From the human T2T-CHM13v2.0 reference genome, Homo sapiens: a stretch of DNA of 64,000 bases. The stretch is from the NCBI RefSeq assembly GCF_009914755.1, contig NC_060947.1; one strand, given 5' to 3'. Under the pieces are notes generated by a model. The model was not told the origin of the DNA and did no database searches. It was given only the letters and a program-made list of their open reading frames with translations. Both the position numbers and the translations under genes were made by a program. Shown one piece after another: positions 45,921 to 62,019 of the stretch. How positions within the stretch are numbered: position 1 is the stretch's first letter; each line of letters starts with the position of its first letter.

Positions 45921-46598
45921 TAAAAATTGAGGGTAGTTAAACTTCCATCAGGAAATCAACTGAGACCCCTCAGAACTGCCCAATTCCATGTCACCCACCT
46001 ACCATCACCACCACCACTAGGACTATCACCTCCTGTTCTGATTCAGGGCAGAGGAAGGCAAGAGGGAGAGAGAGAGAGAGAGATCAAGAAGGTGATAAGG
46101 TGATATAATAAGTAGGTTTCTTGGTGCCAAAGACACAATTGGGTTGATGAACGTGAGTCTTCTTTAGGGCCAGCCCAAGAAGGACAGAAGCTGAAGGACA
46201 GGAGAGGAAGGCAATGCTTTCACAATCCTAGTGGGAGCAGGAACAGGTCTCTTATACTCCTCCAGCCACACTGTAGTGTGTTTACTAGAATTATAGTTGC
46301 CTAGCAAATGAAGTAGTAGGTTATGTACCCATAATCCCACTCACTCACTGCTTAACAACCCTCCTTGTCAAGTTCATCACAGAGAACCAGAAATTTAACC
46401 AAAAGGCTCTGAGAAACCCAGGAAGAGATACAAATCTCTGCAATTAATGCTTAGCCATTTCTTTCATAGGTTCTGAATAGCTGGTTTCATTTACTTTTGA
46501 ATACCTGAATTCATTGATAGATTGATAGATTCGTTCATTCATTCATTCTTTTATTCCACATGCACAAGTGCACGTGTGCACACACACACATATATATA

Positions 46599-46881
46599 CA
46601 GTCGTGCATTGTTTAATGATGGAGATACATTCTGAGAAATGTGTCATTAGGCAATTTTGTCATTCTGTGAACATCACAGAGTGCACTTACACAAACCTAG
46701 ATTATATAGCCTGCTACACACCTAGGCTATATGGTACATCCTGCTGCTCCTAGGCTACAAACCTGCATAACATGTTACTGTACTAAATACTGTAGGCAAC
46801 TGTAATACAGTGCTAAGTATTTGTGTATCTAAATATATCTAAACATAGAAAAGGTAAAAATATGTTACAATCTTATGACTG
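46599..46881. mobile_element. Tigger3a (TcMar) non-autonomous transposon with a deletion near one end
   Basis: TA|cagtc...gactg|TA ends. Internal acttacacaaacctagat..tatagcct..tacacacctaggctatatgg and ctaaacatagaaaaggta. Confidence 0.85.
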
Positions 46882-47009
46882 TATGTATGTGTGTATATGT
46901 GTACGTGTGTGTATATATATATACACACACGTGTATATATACGTGTGTATATACATATGTGTATATATGTGTGTATATATGTATATGTAGTATACTATAT
47001 ACCATATAT

Positions 47010-47042
<33 letters not shown>
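46882..47042. repeat. Compound (TG/TA/CA)n microsatellite
   Basis: Directly visible; ends in a (CA)n run 47013-47042. Confidence 0.9.
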
Positions 47043-47043
<1 letters not shown>

Positions 47044-48609
47044 CCATCCAGATCAGCTCAGTCAATCCTGGCGATCAATGGGGTGACAGATGTTGCAGCC
47101 AGATCACCCTCACATCCTTAACTAAAAAAGTAAGAAAGAAGCAGTAATGTCTTTGGGGTTCTACCCAAGCCACTGCAATCAGCATAACAGGTCTTGTTGC
47201 CTGCTCAGCCCTGTGGAGCCAGTCCTGGGGTGTCAGCAGAGGGGCTGCACTGAGACCTTTTGGAAATGTTTTTCTCTTTAGTCCCAAATTACTTGGAAGC
47301 TTTTTGGCTTGTTTAGACTCTTTATAAAAAATAAAAAGGTGATTTCCATGACAAAATAGTGCATGTGTTTTTGAAAACGCTGCGGCAAGCCGTCAAGATG
47401 ATTTGGCAGATTCAGAAGAGCCTGATAAATTCCTCATAGCAAGTATCAAGGGAGAGGTACCTTTGAGTTTTCAGCCTTATGTTACAGATGCTCTGAATGG
47501 TGAGCTTCCAAAGAAACTTTTGGAGTATCTAATATTTCTGAGAAAAGCATTCTGGTTCCCATTTTACAGCAACACAGAGGCAGCCTTAGCAACTAATGGA
47601 TTTTACATCTGGAAAAGGAGAAAAGAACAAAATATTTGGCCAATGACTAAAATATTTCCACATCATCTAGCCTTCAAAAGATCACCTATGAGACACTTCA
47701 GTTTTAGAACTGTAGAAGTTAAATAAAGTAAGTAATTAACTCAAACTCTACTACTTTGGGAATTCTTTTCAATATTCTGCCTAGCATAGATTACGCCAGG
47801 GAAAATGTGGAGTTGAATCAGGTGGCTCACATAGGCTTGCCACTGGATCTGCTTTTAGAAAGAGAGAGAGGGAATTAATTTAATTTTAGAAAGGTCTCTC
47901 AGGGCTCCAGAAACAGTGGAGTAGAATGGTCTAGCACTTTTGTTCTTTTCTAAAGGATTTTAATGTATTTTCTCTTCTGAGATCCAAAGGGCCCTGAAAT
48001 GCCTTTCTTGATCACCCTTTAAATCTTTGTGCTGCTTTTTTCTTCTAGGCTCCCAGAGAATGAAGATCACAATAGAGTAAGCATGGAACACGACGATTTA
48101 TATTGATGACTCTCTCTCTCTCTCTCTATCTATCTATCTGTGTGTGTGTGTGTGTGTTAAGGAGCAAAACTGTATTGAAATAATTTATGTGCAATTTTCT
48201 AACCACTGGGATTCAGTTGCACTACCAATCCTCATTCAATGTGGATTGGAGAATAGTGTGACCGTTCCTTCTCAGGGTATTATTCATTTTCCCTTCAACA
48301 ATTTTTGGCTATGAAGTAGGAGGGTCCCAGATGGATTACCATCTGGGGACCAGCCCAAGAAGCAGAAAGATAGTCGGGAAGACATTTTTGACATTAACAA
48401 TGTCCCTGTGGAGGCTCTTAACCTGTGACTTGAGCCTGAAAGAGATCTGATGAACAAGCTACACCTTGTGAATGATTTTGAAACAGATTTATGATCCGGT
48501 TGAAGTCAACTTGACAATTTATTACATTTGTTCTCATGTTCTGTTTTCCTTTCATTTGTCTTTCTCCTTTTTTCTCATAGTTGCTGTAGGAAGCTTACAA
48601 CCCCTTAAT

Positions 48610-48765
48610 AATAATTATGAATGCTTGCTAAGTGCCAGGCATCATCTTAAGTGTTTTAGATGCACTATATTATTTAATTTTCTAAAAACTCAAAGATGTT
48701 GGTTCTATTTTTGTTTCCATTTAGCAGATGAGAAAACTGAGGTTTGGTGAACTTAAGTATTTTAC
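48610..48765 (-). mobile_element. MIR (continues ~49930-49985 after nested LTRs)
   Basis: gtgccaggcatcatcttaagtgtttta...ccatttagcagatgagaaaactgaggtt; resumes as tctgaagtctgtgctcttaaccact. Confidence 0.7.
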
Positions 48766-48826
48766 TATATTAGTTATCTTTGCTTGGGTTACAAACAAAT
48801 AATCCCAATATCTCTGGGCTTAAACT

Positions 48827-49163
48827 AGAGTCTGGCAATTTTTTTAAAAAAGGGTCCAGATAGTAAATATTTTAATCTTTGTGGACCATACAGTCTGTGT
48901 CACAACTACTCAACTCTCCCATTGTGGCACAAAAGTGGCCATATATATCGTGTAAATAGATAAATATGACTGTGTTCCAGAAAACTCTATTGATGAATAT
49001 GTAAATGTGAATTTCATGGAACTTTCATGTGCCATGAAATATCATTCTTCTTCTGATGTGTTTTCAACCATTTTAAAATGTAAAGGCCATTTTTAGCTCA
49101 CAGGCTGTACAAAAACAGGTGTGGGCCATGTTTATCCTCATTGGCTGTAGTTTGTGGACCCTT
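48827..49163. mobile_element. MER58B (hAT-Charlie) MITE
   Basis: ccagatagtaaatatttta..ctttgtggaccatacagtctgtgtcacaactactcaactct...gtagtttgtggaccct. TSD-like gcttaaac/agttaaac. Confidence 0.85.
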
Positions 49164-49371
49164 AAGTTAAACTCCCATTTATTTCTTGTTTACATTATGT
49201 GAAGGCTGCAGTTCAGGTGTAGATCTGCTGGGCTCTTATTCAGTGTGGCTGTGCTTGGCCCCACAACTCTTCTTATTCTGGAATCCAGGCTGAAAGCGTA
49301 GCCACTATGTGAGGCATGCTATTTTCATAGGACAGGAATAAGAGGGGCAGAGCCAAATTATGCAAGCTCAT

Positions 49372-49733
49372 TGTCTTAGTCCATTCAAGTTGCTCTAACA
49401 AAACTACCATAGACTGGGTGGTTATAAACAACAGAAATTTATTTCTGACAGTTCTGGAGGCTGGGAAGTCCAAGATCAAGCCTCTGGAAGATTCATTTTC
49501 TGGCAAGGGCCTGCTTTTTGGTTCATAGAGAGTACCTTCTTGCTGTGTCCTCACATGTCGAAAAGGGTGAATGAGCTCCCTTGGGGCCTCTTTTATTAAG
49601 GCACTAATCTCATTCATGAAGGCTCTGCCCTCATGACTTAATCACCTCCCAAGGCTCCACCTCTTAGTACCATCACCTTCAGTGTTAGAATTTCAACATA
49701 TGAATTTTGGGGGGACATATTCTAACCATGGCA
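49372..49733 (-). mobile_element. MLT1A-type solo LTR
   Basis: tgtcttagtccattc...taccatagactgggtgg...ttctggaggctgggaagtccaagatcaag...aaccatggca. 5-bp TSD ctcat/cccat. Confidence 0.9.
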
Positions 49734-50394
49734 CCCATTAAAGCTTTCCCTTGCCTATATGTAGCATATGTGATGTCCACTCATATTCCATTTTTCCATA
49801 GCAGGTTATATGGCCAAGTCCAAAGTCAATGGGACAGAAAGGGAAGACATGTTCAGGGAGGCAATGTATCATCGTAAACTAGTAAACTAGTAAACCCATT
49901 TGCCACTTGATCTAAGATTGTATGGTGGGTCTTGAGGTCCAGGGTTTTGTGCTCTGAAGTCTGTGCTCTTAACCACTTTGCTATGCTGGCTCCACTTTGT
50001 TAAGCCTTTGCTTTCCCCACACTCTCTTAACAGTGCTCTTTATTACCTGTTCAGCTTCTATCTGTTTTAGCTTTCCCATCTCCTTCCCTTCTGAGTTGGT
50101 CTGAATCTTTACTATGCTGTATGGATTTCTGGGTACTTTCTGTTGTCCTCCAGACCAAGACAGCAGGACTCACTGCATCCCTCAGACCATGAAGGCAGCC
50201 ATCCAGGCTGCCTGGCCACACAGGTCACTGTTTTCTCTCTCACTCTCTGCATGAATGATGGAAAGGGCTGTGCATTTCCCTCAGGAAGCCTGCTTGTTTC
50301 ACTGAAAAAAGACCAGCTTCCTGGTAGAGGACACCAGGAATAAACCCCAATTGCTCCCCTGACCTCTGGCCACCACTCCCCTTCTAGGAAACAA

Positions 50395-50620
50395 TAGCTA
50401 ACATTCGTATGAGGCTTTATAGTTTACAAAGCCCCTTCCCTGTATCATTCCACTTGATCCTCATAAACATATTGAGAGGCAGACAAGATTATTACCATTC
50501 TACAGATCAAGAAACTGAGTCTGAGAGAAAGTCCAAAGTTTTCTTGAAGATCATGGAGTTATTTATTTAATTATTTAGTTATTTAGTGGTGGAGCTGGAA
50601 CTCAAACCCAGGGCTCTTTC
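50395..50620 (-). mobile_element. MIR
   Basis: atagctaacatt...tttacaaagccc...ccattctacagatcaagaaactgagtctgagag...ggaactcaaacccagg. Confidence 0.7.
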
Positions 50621-50899
50621 CCCTTACCCAGAAACACACCCTGTCTTTGATGTTTCTTAGTTTCCTCCCTTTGAAGCATTCCTACTACTGCTATGAGGCA
50701 GGATTAGAGTCCTTCCTCCCCTGGGATTGCAAGAACCTTAAAAGGACTGGCAGAAGTGAGATTTAACTCTTTACTGCTCTTTGTGTGAAGATTACATCAG
50801 CCATTACTCAAAGGTCACAGTCACTTGAAGGTAGAAAATTGTGATTGCTAGTATGCTGTAGTCCTAAACTTCCTACTTCCTGAGCCATTTCATTTTTCA

Positions 50900-51285
50900 G
50901 GATCTGGTTTAATGATACCTCCTATGTGAAGCCCTTTCCCATCCCCCACAAATAGAGGAAGGAGTCATCTTCTCTTCTGTGCTCCCACAGTCCCTGAGCT
51001 CCCTTCTCCCATAGACTATCACTCTGTATTGTAATTGTTTATTTGCTAGTATATATCTCCCACTAGGCCCTGAACTCGCTGTGAGCACAGACTATACCAG
51101 CCTCACCTTGGTACCCCCTATCATAGCAGTTATCCCTCTGTCTTGCACTTAATCTGGTTGCTTGCCTATCTGCTCTACTGAACTTCATGAGTTCACGCTC
51201 ATGCCACCTCTTTACTGCCATACCTAAATACTGTGCCAAACATGGTGCCTGGCATGTGGTAGATGCTTAGTAAATGGCCAGTGAA
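50900..51285 (+). mobile_element. L2 3' fragments
   Basis: acctcctatgtgaagccctttccc, tgtattgtaattgtttatttg..tctcccactag and gtgcctggcatgtggtagatgcttagtaaat. Confidence 0.65.
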
Positions 51286-53619
51286 CTTTAGGATTTGGTT
51301 GCTTTCCAATTGGATCCAATCTTCTGATATAGGGGCCAGTGAAAATTTTCTCTTGTGCTTGTAATCAGACATACTGGAAACCACCTTCTCCTACTCCAGT
51401 ATTTTTAGAAGGTAATCAACTAAGCAAATTCAGTGGACAGTTGGAAAGGTGGCACAACAGTTAAACCTGGCTAGCCTCAATCCCAAGGATATGATTAGAG
51501 ATTGGGGGGGTGGAAGGTATTGACTTCAGTTTCAGGGGTCCCAACCAAGCATGTTTCTTCTCCCGCACTGCACAGTCCTGTGAGGCCAGCAAGTGAAGCA
51601 GTTAGTAAAAGCTGAGAGGAGAGTGGAGAGAAGGAAGAACACCATTTTAATTCCTTTTTTTCCTTACTTGCATGCCAAACATCTGAGCAATATACTATTT
51701 AAAACGTTGAAAATTTACAACATAGCATTGGAAAGGTGAAAGAGGAAAGCCCCTTTTATCAGCTCACTTCTCAATGATGTTCTCACCCCACAAGCATTTG
51801 AGTCCTGAAGCAAAACTCAGCATGATATGAAAAAGTTCCAGTCACTCTTATTTGCAACTTTTCTGGACAATGGAAAACTATTTACTTGTCTGTGAAAGTC
51901 TATTTTTTTCCCATCTAGACATGAACTCCAGTTAAAATTAATAGGAAACTCTTTTAGCCTGTTGAGTGTAATCTATTCAAGCTCATGTTTTTCAGAACTT
52001 ACTAGAAGCTTTGTGTCTTCTAGTAGACCCTTAATATAATTCAATATGTGACGAACAAGGTCATGTTGCTCAGGCATGGTTAAAATTAAGAGAGAGCAGC
52101 TTTTATCCAATATAGTCAAAAATGCATCTTACAGATGGAAGCTATGACGAAATGCCACTTTAAATAAGGAGGCTCTATATTGTGCAGAAACACCCACATC
52201 TACTCCCTCAAATCTCAGTGCACTCCACTCACTCTGTATTTTGTCATCATGGGCAGACAGAAACATTCAAGCCAAGATGCATGATTTAGCAGAGGTTTTG
52301 CAAAAGGTTCCATTCTTCTGGCCATCAGCACATGTGGAGCTGTCAGGAGCCCTGTAAAGATTTTACAAGCCTTATAAGTCATAGCTTATTGAGCCTGGGA
52401 TGGAATTTAATATATCATCATGGTTCTGGAAGTTCCCTCCTTTTTGTCTGATATAGTCTATCGCTTTATTTACCTTGAAACCAAAAATACTGGATATAAA
52501 AATGAACAGGCAAAGCTCCCCATTGGTGCCCCCGTGTCATCGCCTTCTAGGTCTGGCTCCTCGTTTACTGCATGATGGCAATACTCTCACTTTCTTCTTC
52601 AGGACTGCTGCTATCAGCAAGCTGAATCAGCATTTTAGCCAGCTTTTAGTTCATTTTATTTTCCTTTAGAGGAAATGTTTCCCAAAATTTGTTAATGAAC
52701 CTAAAGTCTTATAAAATTACCCAGCAATCTCATTTTACCACAACTTCATGCAGTATGAAGTTCCAGTCATGCCAAAAAGAGTTCAGATGCTCCAAGATCT
52801 TATAGCATTTATCAAAACTGGCCTAAAAAGCAACATACAAAGCTTTATGCAAAATCGAATACTCCAGGCAACTGGGATGCCTGGCCAGCTTAGTACACAT
52901 AAATGTTGGACTTGCTTTGCCAAATTTGAAGAGTGTGTGAGCGGACTCATTTGCAACACTGGGAAGAAAATAGAATAGAAATTGCTGCTGCCATTTGTGG
53001 AGCACATGTCTCTAAACAACTATGGAGATAGATGTCCTTGTTTTTAAGTCCTAGTTTTACAGATGAGGAACTTTAGGCTTAGAGAGGTGAAGTACCAGGC
53101 CTAAGATAACACAAGTCTTTGACAGACTAGGACTTGCGTTTCTTGGCTTTTTAGTATGCCACAACTTTACACTTTAGCTATAGGAGGGATGGTCTGGCAT
53201 AACTTTGGGAACAGTGAGACATTGAAGCCAGACAGACATGGGTTTAAACCCCCTCAGGCAGAAATGTTTTTCCATGTCATTTCTTCCACTAGCAATATCC
53301 ATCTTTCCCTTAAAGCTTTTCCTGACCCTTCATTTTCTCTTTTGCCTTCTATAACTACATGTGTTGCTGCCCTTCTTTGAATCCCTGAAATTACAATCAC
53401 ATTGTTTGTAATACTTTTGATCACAGATTACTGTACTTGAACTATAATAATTTGTTCATTCTTTGATTCTCTCTACAGCTATTTTTGAGTTTCTTATATG
53501 CAAGACCATGTGCTCAATATTCTGAGGATTCACAGATGAATACATTCAGGTAGAGCCTACAAGGAGCTTATCTGCTAGTACAGGAGATAAAACATGTCAT
53601 AAGAACATTAAGTGGTGCT

Positions 53620-53865
53620 CTTTATTGAATAACTACTATGTTCGTGGTCCCATGTGAGGCATTTTACAAAAGTACCTTTCCAATTGACTCCTTTCAACAA
53701 TCCTGTAAGTTAGATATTATAACTCTCATTTTCATGGTGAGGAAACTGAGGTCAAAGGAGGTTAAATGACTTATTCAAGGTCACCCAGCTGCTCAAGTAG
53801 AGAAACTGGGATTTAAGGCCAAGTCTGGTTGGCAAGCTCATGCTTGCTACTTCATTACACTGCCT
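53620..53865 (-). mobile_element. MIR (flanked by L2 relics)
   Basis: caacaatcctgtaag..cattttcatggtgaggaaactgaggtcaaaggaggttaaatgacttattcaaggtcacccagct. Confidence 0.8.
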
Positions 53866-54401
53866 CTCTATAAAATAGCAGATAGAAAGTAAGTGAAAGT
53901 GCCAGAAAAGAGGTACAGCAAATGTGCTAAGGGAGTTCAGAGGAGGAATGAAGCTCTTATACTGGTCTTTTTTGCACTGCTCCTCTTCTCTTCTCCCTCC
54001 ATCCTCTAAACACAGGAAGTGGGGGCTCGAACATGGAAACTGTCTTTTTTTCACCTCTGTATCCTCAGTGACTGGCCCAGTGTTGTGAGCACATAGCAGG
54101 TGTTCAGAGATGTGGGTAGAGTTGAATATAGTGACTGTTTGCAGGAAGGAGGGACAACTGGGGTTTGCACCACATCATGTTCCATTCACTCCCCAACTGC
54201 AAATTTGCTGGTGCGCTCTACTTGGGCTCCCTCCCATGTGTGGCCTTGGGTGGGGATGCAGTCACAAAGGCAAAGAGGAGATTGAATACACAACATTTCA
54301 TTGTAGGTTTTGCTATTTTTCATTAGCTACATTTCTATAATTTGGGAGGGAGATCATATAAATGTTTATGTATCAATAAAAGTGCTTGAGTAGGACTTTA
54401 G

Positions 54402-54849
<448 letters not shown>

Positions 54850-54961
54850 TGATTTGGGTTTGAATTTTAGCTCTGCCACTTAGCAACTTTGGGACCTTGG
54901 GTAAGTCACTTTACCTCCCTGAACCTCAAGTTGTTTTATCTTTAAAATGGGGTTAATGATA

Positions 54962-56470
<1,509 letters not shown>

Positions 56471-56842
56471 AAAGAATGGGGATGATGATAGTTCTTGTGA
56501 AGATTGAATGGAATGATGCATGTAAAATGACTAGCACATATAAAACTCTCAGTGAGTATTAGGGGTTATAATGATAAACAGACCATTTATTGAAACCAAA
56601 TTTGACTTATTTTTATTATTTTTCAGTAGTATTCAACCAATGTTTATTGCTCATACAGATGCATTCCTTCCTATACACTTATTGTCAAATATGGTTTTCA
56701 AGGAATGCTAATGTAACATATGGAAAACACAATTCATTTCCATAATGGAAATGTGGTGCCAGAAAACACAAAAGAAGAACTTCTTTTTTTTTCTTTTTTC
56801 ATTTTTCTTAATTTCTCAACAGTGAGAGAAATGGCACTGTGA

Positions 56843-57353
<511 letters not shown>

Positions 57354-57444
57354 TTAACTGAGGATCTGTTTTGCTCTCTTTATGCATTTTTTAATATCTT
57401 CCGTGCTGCCTATTCTCCTATGTTTTTGGCATCCTGTAATATTT

Positions 57445-57612
57445 TAAGAATACAGGCTCTGAAGTTCAAATAGATTTGAGGTTCAATCTTGCTCCAGCAC
57501 TTACTGGCTGTGTGAAATTAGACAAGTTATTTAACCTCTCTGACCCTCAGTTTTGTCATGGGCAAAATGAGTGTAATGATAATACCCCTATCATGGCATT
57601 TTAAAGATTGTG
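57445..57612 (+). mobile_element. MIR
   Basis: aagaatacaggctctgaag...cacttactggctgtgtga..caagttatttaacctctctgaccctcagttt. Confidence 0.8.
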
Positions 57613-57859
57613 GTCAGGAAATATGAAAGACTTTCTAGGTAGGAATAAGTGAGACAGGTCTGATGAGATTGCACAGTGTGTCCTAGTGGATGAGTGAGAA
57701 AAATGACTACCTAGATAAGGTCTGTCCAGGTTATGGAGGGCTCCAAAAGTCAGGTAGGATACCTGCACTCAATGTATTAGTAACAGTAGTACTAGCCCCA
57801 TCTTCAGGACTTTGCTCAAATTTCACCTTCTCAGTGAAGCCTTCCCTGACAACCCCAGT

Positions 57860-58625
57860 GATGAACGAAGCAGACAAAAATCCCTGTCCTCATGGAACTT
57901 TCAGTCTAGGGTGAGAGTAGGAAGAAAACAGATATGTATAATATTGAAGATGGCCATAGTGTCATGAAGGAAGTAAAGAGGCCGCTGATGGGGACTAATG
58001 GTAGTGTTGCAGGGGGACAGAATGGGCTGCTTTATATTAAGTAATCAGGGAAGTCCTTTCTGAGGAGGTGAGACTTCAGCTGAGATCTGAAGATTGAGAA
58101 AGAGCCACATGAAGAGAAGGGGAAGGGCGTTCCGTAGAGAGTAAATACCGTATGCAAAGACCTAGAGGCAGGAAGGAAAACAATCAAGAAGAGGCCATTT
58201 TGGCTAAAGAGTAGTGAGCTATGAAGATAATAAAAGAGGATGATGTGATAGGAAGTGACAGGGCTGGGGGAAGGGGCAAGTCCTTTAAATAAGGGGTCAG
58301 GGAAGGCCTCTCTGAGGAAGAGACATTGAATTAAGACCTGAGCAGAGACAAGGAATCAGCCATGCAAAGATCAAGAGACAGAACTTTACAGACAGAAAGA
58401 ATGGCCACTGCAAAGGCCCCTAGGTGCAACATGCTTGGCCTGTTGAACAGACAACAAGGAGGCCATTGTGGCTGGAGTAGAGCCAGTGGGTACAGAGTTG
58501 GGGGGAGATAAAGCTGGACAACTTGGAAGGAGCCTGATCGTACAGAGCCTTGCAAGCCACGGTAAAGACATTGGATTTTACTCCAAGTGAGACAGGAAGC
58601 TTTGGAAGGCCTTTAAGCCAGGGAA
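57860..58625 (-). mobile_element. L2 (two overlapping antisense fragments)
   Basis: gcagacaaaaatccctgtcctcatggaactt, tcagggaa..cct.tctgagga occurring twice (~58045 and ~58298), tgcaaaggccc and ttggattttactccaagtgag. Confidence 0.8.
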
Positions 58626-58826
58626 TATTTCAGTCTCTGTCTCCTCTGGAGCCCTGCAGACCTTACCTTCTATACTGTTCACTGGCTTCCACTAGGCACT
58701 AAGGTATCCTAAGCTATTGTTTGCTGAGTATATCCTGTCTTGCAAACTGGACAGAGATCCGCTTGAGTCATGGACTGGGGCTTGGGCATTTGAGTATGAA
58801 TTGCTCAGCACAGTGACAGAGCCTTA

Positions 58827-58828
<2 letters not shown>

Positions 58829-58868
<40 letters not shown>
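58829..58868. repeat. (GT)20 microsatellite
   Basis: Directly visible. Confidence 0.95.
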
Positions 58869-58870
<2 letters not shown>

Positions 58871-58885
58871 GAAGAGGAGGGGTGT

Positions 58886-59392
<507 letters not shown>

Positions 59393-59607
59393 CTATTTAA
59401 GGGGTGAAAAAAGCAGTGGCTTCCTTTTTGGATTTTCTAAGTCCAACCTTAATTTTCAGGTACAGCTACATTCAGACCCTGATTGGGTAAGACTTTCCTG
59501 GCTTCCTAGTGATAGTGATGTCTCAGAAACAAGTCTGTTTTGCTAAGGTGAGCTTTTAAGCAGTACGTTTTCACCAGAAAGGCTTCAAGCCTTAATCATA
59601 ATAATAT

Positions 59608-59850
59608 TAATAGTTAATACTTCAGAGCACTTACTGTGCGCCAGGCGTTGTGCTTTATCTGCATTAATTTATTTAAGCCTCAAAATAATCTTATGGATCA
59701 GGTAATCATATTATTAATATTACTATTTTACAGAAAGAAAACAGATTCTGAGGGATTGAATCATTTGCTTAAGGATAACAGCTAGTTACTGGCATAGTGG
59801 GATCAGAACACACGTTTGACTGATCCCAGAGCCCTCTTATCGCTTTATGT
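59608..59850 (-). mobile_element. MIR
   Basis: gagcacttactgtgcgccaggcgttgtgct...ttttacaga...aaggataacagctagt. Confidence 0.75.
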
Positions 59851-61034
59851 TGCCTTTAAAGGTTGGTTTCAGCATCCACAATCCTCACTTATATTGCAAT
59901 CTGATTGGATTTGTCATGGTAGATCTACTATCTTTCTGTGGTTTCCCTCTCTGGCGGTCTATCTTCTATTTTGCTTTCATTATTAAAATCCCCCAATACA
60001 GAAGATTTTAGGGCTCAAACAGATGTCAGCTAATCCAGGCAGAAACAGTGCATTACTGCTCTGGATAAAAATTCATTTGTCATATTTCTTGAACGTAGAA
60101 ATCATAACCTTACCTAGTTTTATATTCCCCTCAATATAAAGCACAGAATAGTCTTACAGCCTAGATGCTCAATAAATGTTGAATGGACTTAAACTCAATT
60201 TCTAAACCCCAAGATACTACATAATTACTCCCATTCCAGCCAGACAGGGCTATTCCAAGTTTCTACATAACATTTTTTTGGGGGGAGAGGGGGTGCAGAG
60301 TTTGGTTGGGTGGGGTCCATGTGTATGCTTGGGGTGGGTAAAGGAGAATAGCCATAAGTTTTCTAAGTCTTATGCCTGATGCAGGAAGGGAAACATAATC
60401 TCTATTTACCACCCACCTCCTTTACTTCATTCAGTAATATGGTAGTTTATGAAAATATGTAGTATTTTCTAAAAAGCAAGGGAGGCAAGAGAGAGCTTGG
60501 TAATTTATAGTTTGCCAGTTTCATCAGTGCCTTAACATAGCTCCCTATTCAGTCAGTGAAGGAGAACTGTATATCCTTGTTGGGAATCTGGAGATATGCC
60601 AGTGGTTGCAAAGAGCTCAGCAGTTTTGCCTGTGTACTTAGATCTGGACTGACCAGTCTAGCATGTGGATCAGATCAGGGACTAGTAAATGTCATTTTGT
60701 TTTGACATTGTATTGAAATTATGGGAAAGAGGTGCCTGTTTCATGAGAATAAAAAGAAAAGAATGCATTGGAAAAGTTTGGGCTTGATGTATTATTAAAG
60801 AAGAATATATGATCCCTTCAGGCTGAGTATAAAAACATCTCAAAACTAGTATCATCCTAAATCTGGCAATAGTTTAGTTATGTAGTGATGGAAAAGACAG
60901 GAAATGTACAGGAGCCTAATACTAAGGGCAGTTCAGTTTCATATAGAGGGTTTTTTTTTTCGTGCAGATACAAATCCATTATGTAAAATAGATTTGTTTG
61001 CCAAAAAGTCTATTTTTGTCTATAATAACAATGC

Positions 61035-61265
61035 AGTTACCAATTATTGAGCAGGTTTTATATGTCAGGCATTGTGCTTAAACACTTTGCATGCATTGTG
61101 TAATTTAATTTTCACAAAAACCCTATGAAGGAGGTGAAATTATCTAATTGTTACTAATGTGGAAACTGAGAGGCTCAGAGTGGTTATGTAACTTGCCCAA
61201 GGCCACACATATAATAAGTGGCAGAGCCAGGATTCTGAAGTGAATCCCTGGCCTGAGGACTCTTA
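61035..61265 (-). mobile_element. MIR
   Basis: atgtcaggcattgtgcttaaacacttt...ggaaactgagaggctcagagtggttatgtaacttgcccaaggccacac. Confidence 0.85.
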
Positions 61266-62019
61266 ATAAGATTAGAATCAACACCTCTGAGGATGAAGAC
61301 CTGGTCCAGTTTTTAAAATGTACAGTAAAATAATACATCCAAGGACCCTGTGGTATGAATGTATGTGTGTGTGTAATATGTTTTAAGTTCCTTAGTAGAG
61401 AAACTAGGTAATTTTCATTGTGTTTCTTAAATAATGATTGCTTAATTGCCTTTAACACTTGCAGTCACTTAGTGGTTAAGTGATGTCTGTTAGAAAATTC
61501 TCTTGGCAGTTGCTTTTTGAGAAAGATGATCAAAAGCACACCAAGAATGCCAGTTAATGCCATCATTATTTACTTAGTATAAATTTACAATAACAGGAAA
61601 ATATGTTCATAGAAATAAAATATCATCTAAAGTATTTAAAGAATTGAAAATGATTCCCATCTTTGTTGTTTGGCCTTACCTTCCTTTACAAAATAAACAA
61701 ACCTGTTTATCACGTTGTTATAGGAAACAATGACCATGTTTATAAAAAAAAAAAAGGTAAGCTTAGGTAGGAATAATAAATATCGTCTTGGATGAAAAGC
61801 CTTTGTAAGAGCTTTTTTGATCCTTGAAATATTCTTTTGAAGAAAGGTATGTGGCTTAAGGGTTAATTGATAAATCAGACACCAAGGAACTGTACCTATG
61901 GCTACCCAATGCCAAAATAACATCAAAATGGGCAGATAAGTTGCTCCAAAATTAGGTTAACTTAGTTGTTTTCACTTTCTCCTCACATACCCTTTGCTCC
62001 CATTAAATCAGTTGATCCT

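Larger units (their letters stand above)
48768..49860 (-). mobile_element. Old MLT1 (J/K-like) LTR, interrupted by MER58B and MLT1A
   Basis: tattagttatctttgct..aatcccaatatctctgggcttaaac start, catttatttcttg, ggaatccaggctgaaag and tggccaagtccaaagtcaatggg. Confidence 0.6.

Noticed and set aside
47403-47726. 107-aa ORF in unique sequence
   Set aside because: Starts at TTG, has no recognisable domain and no promoter or splice context. The length is within chance expectation.
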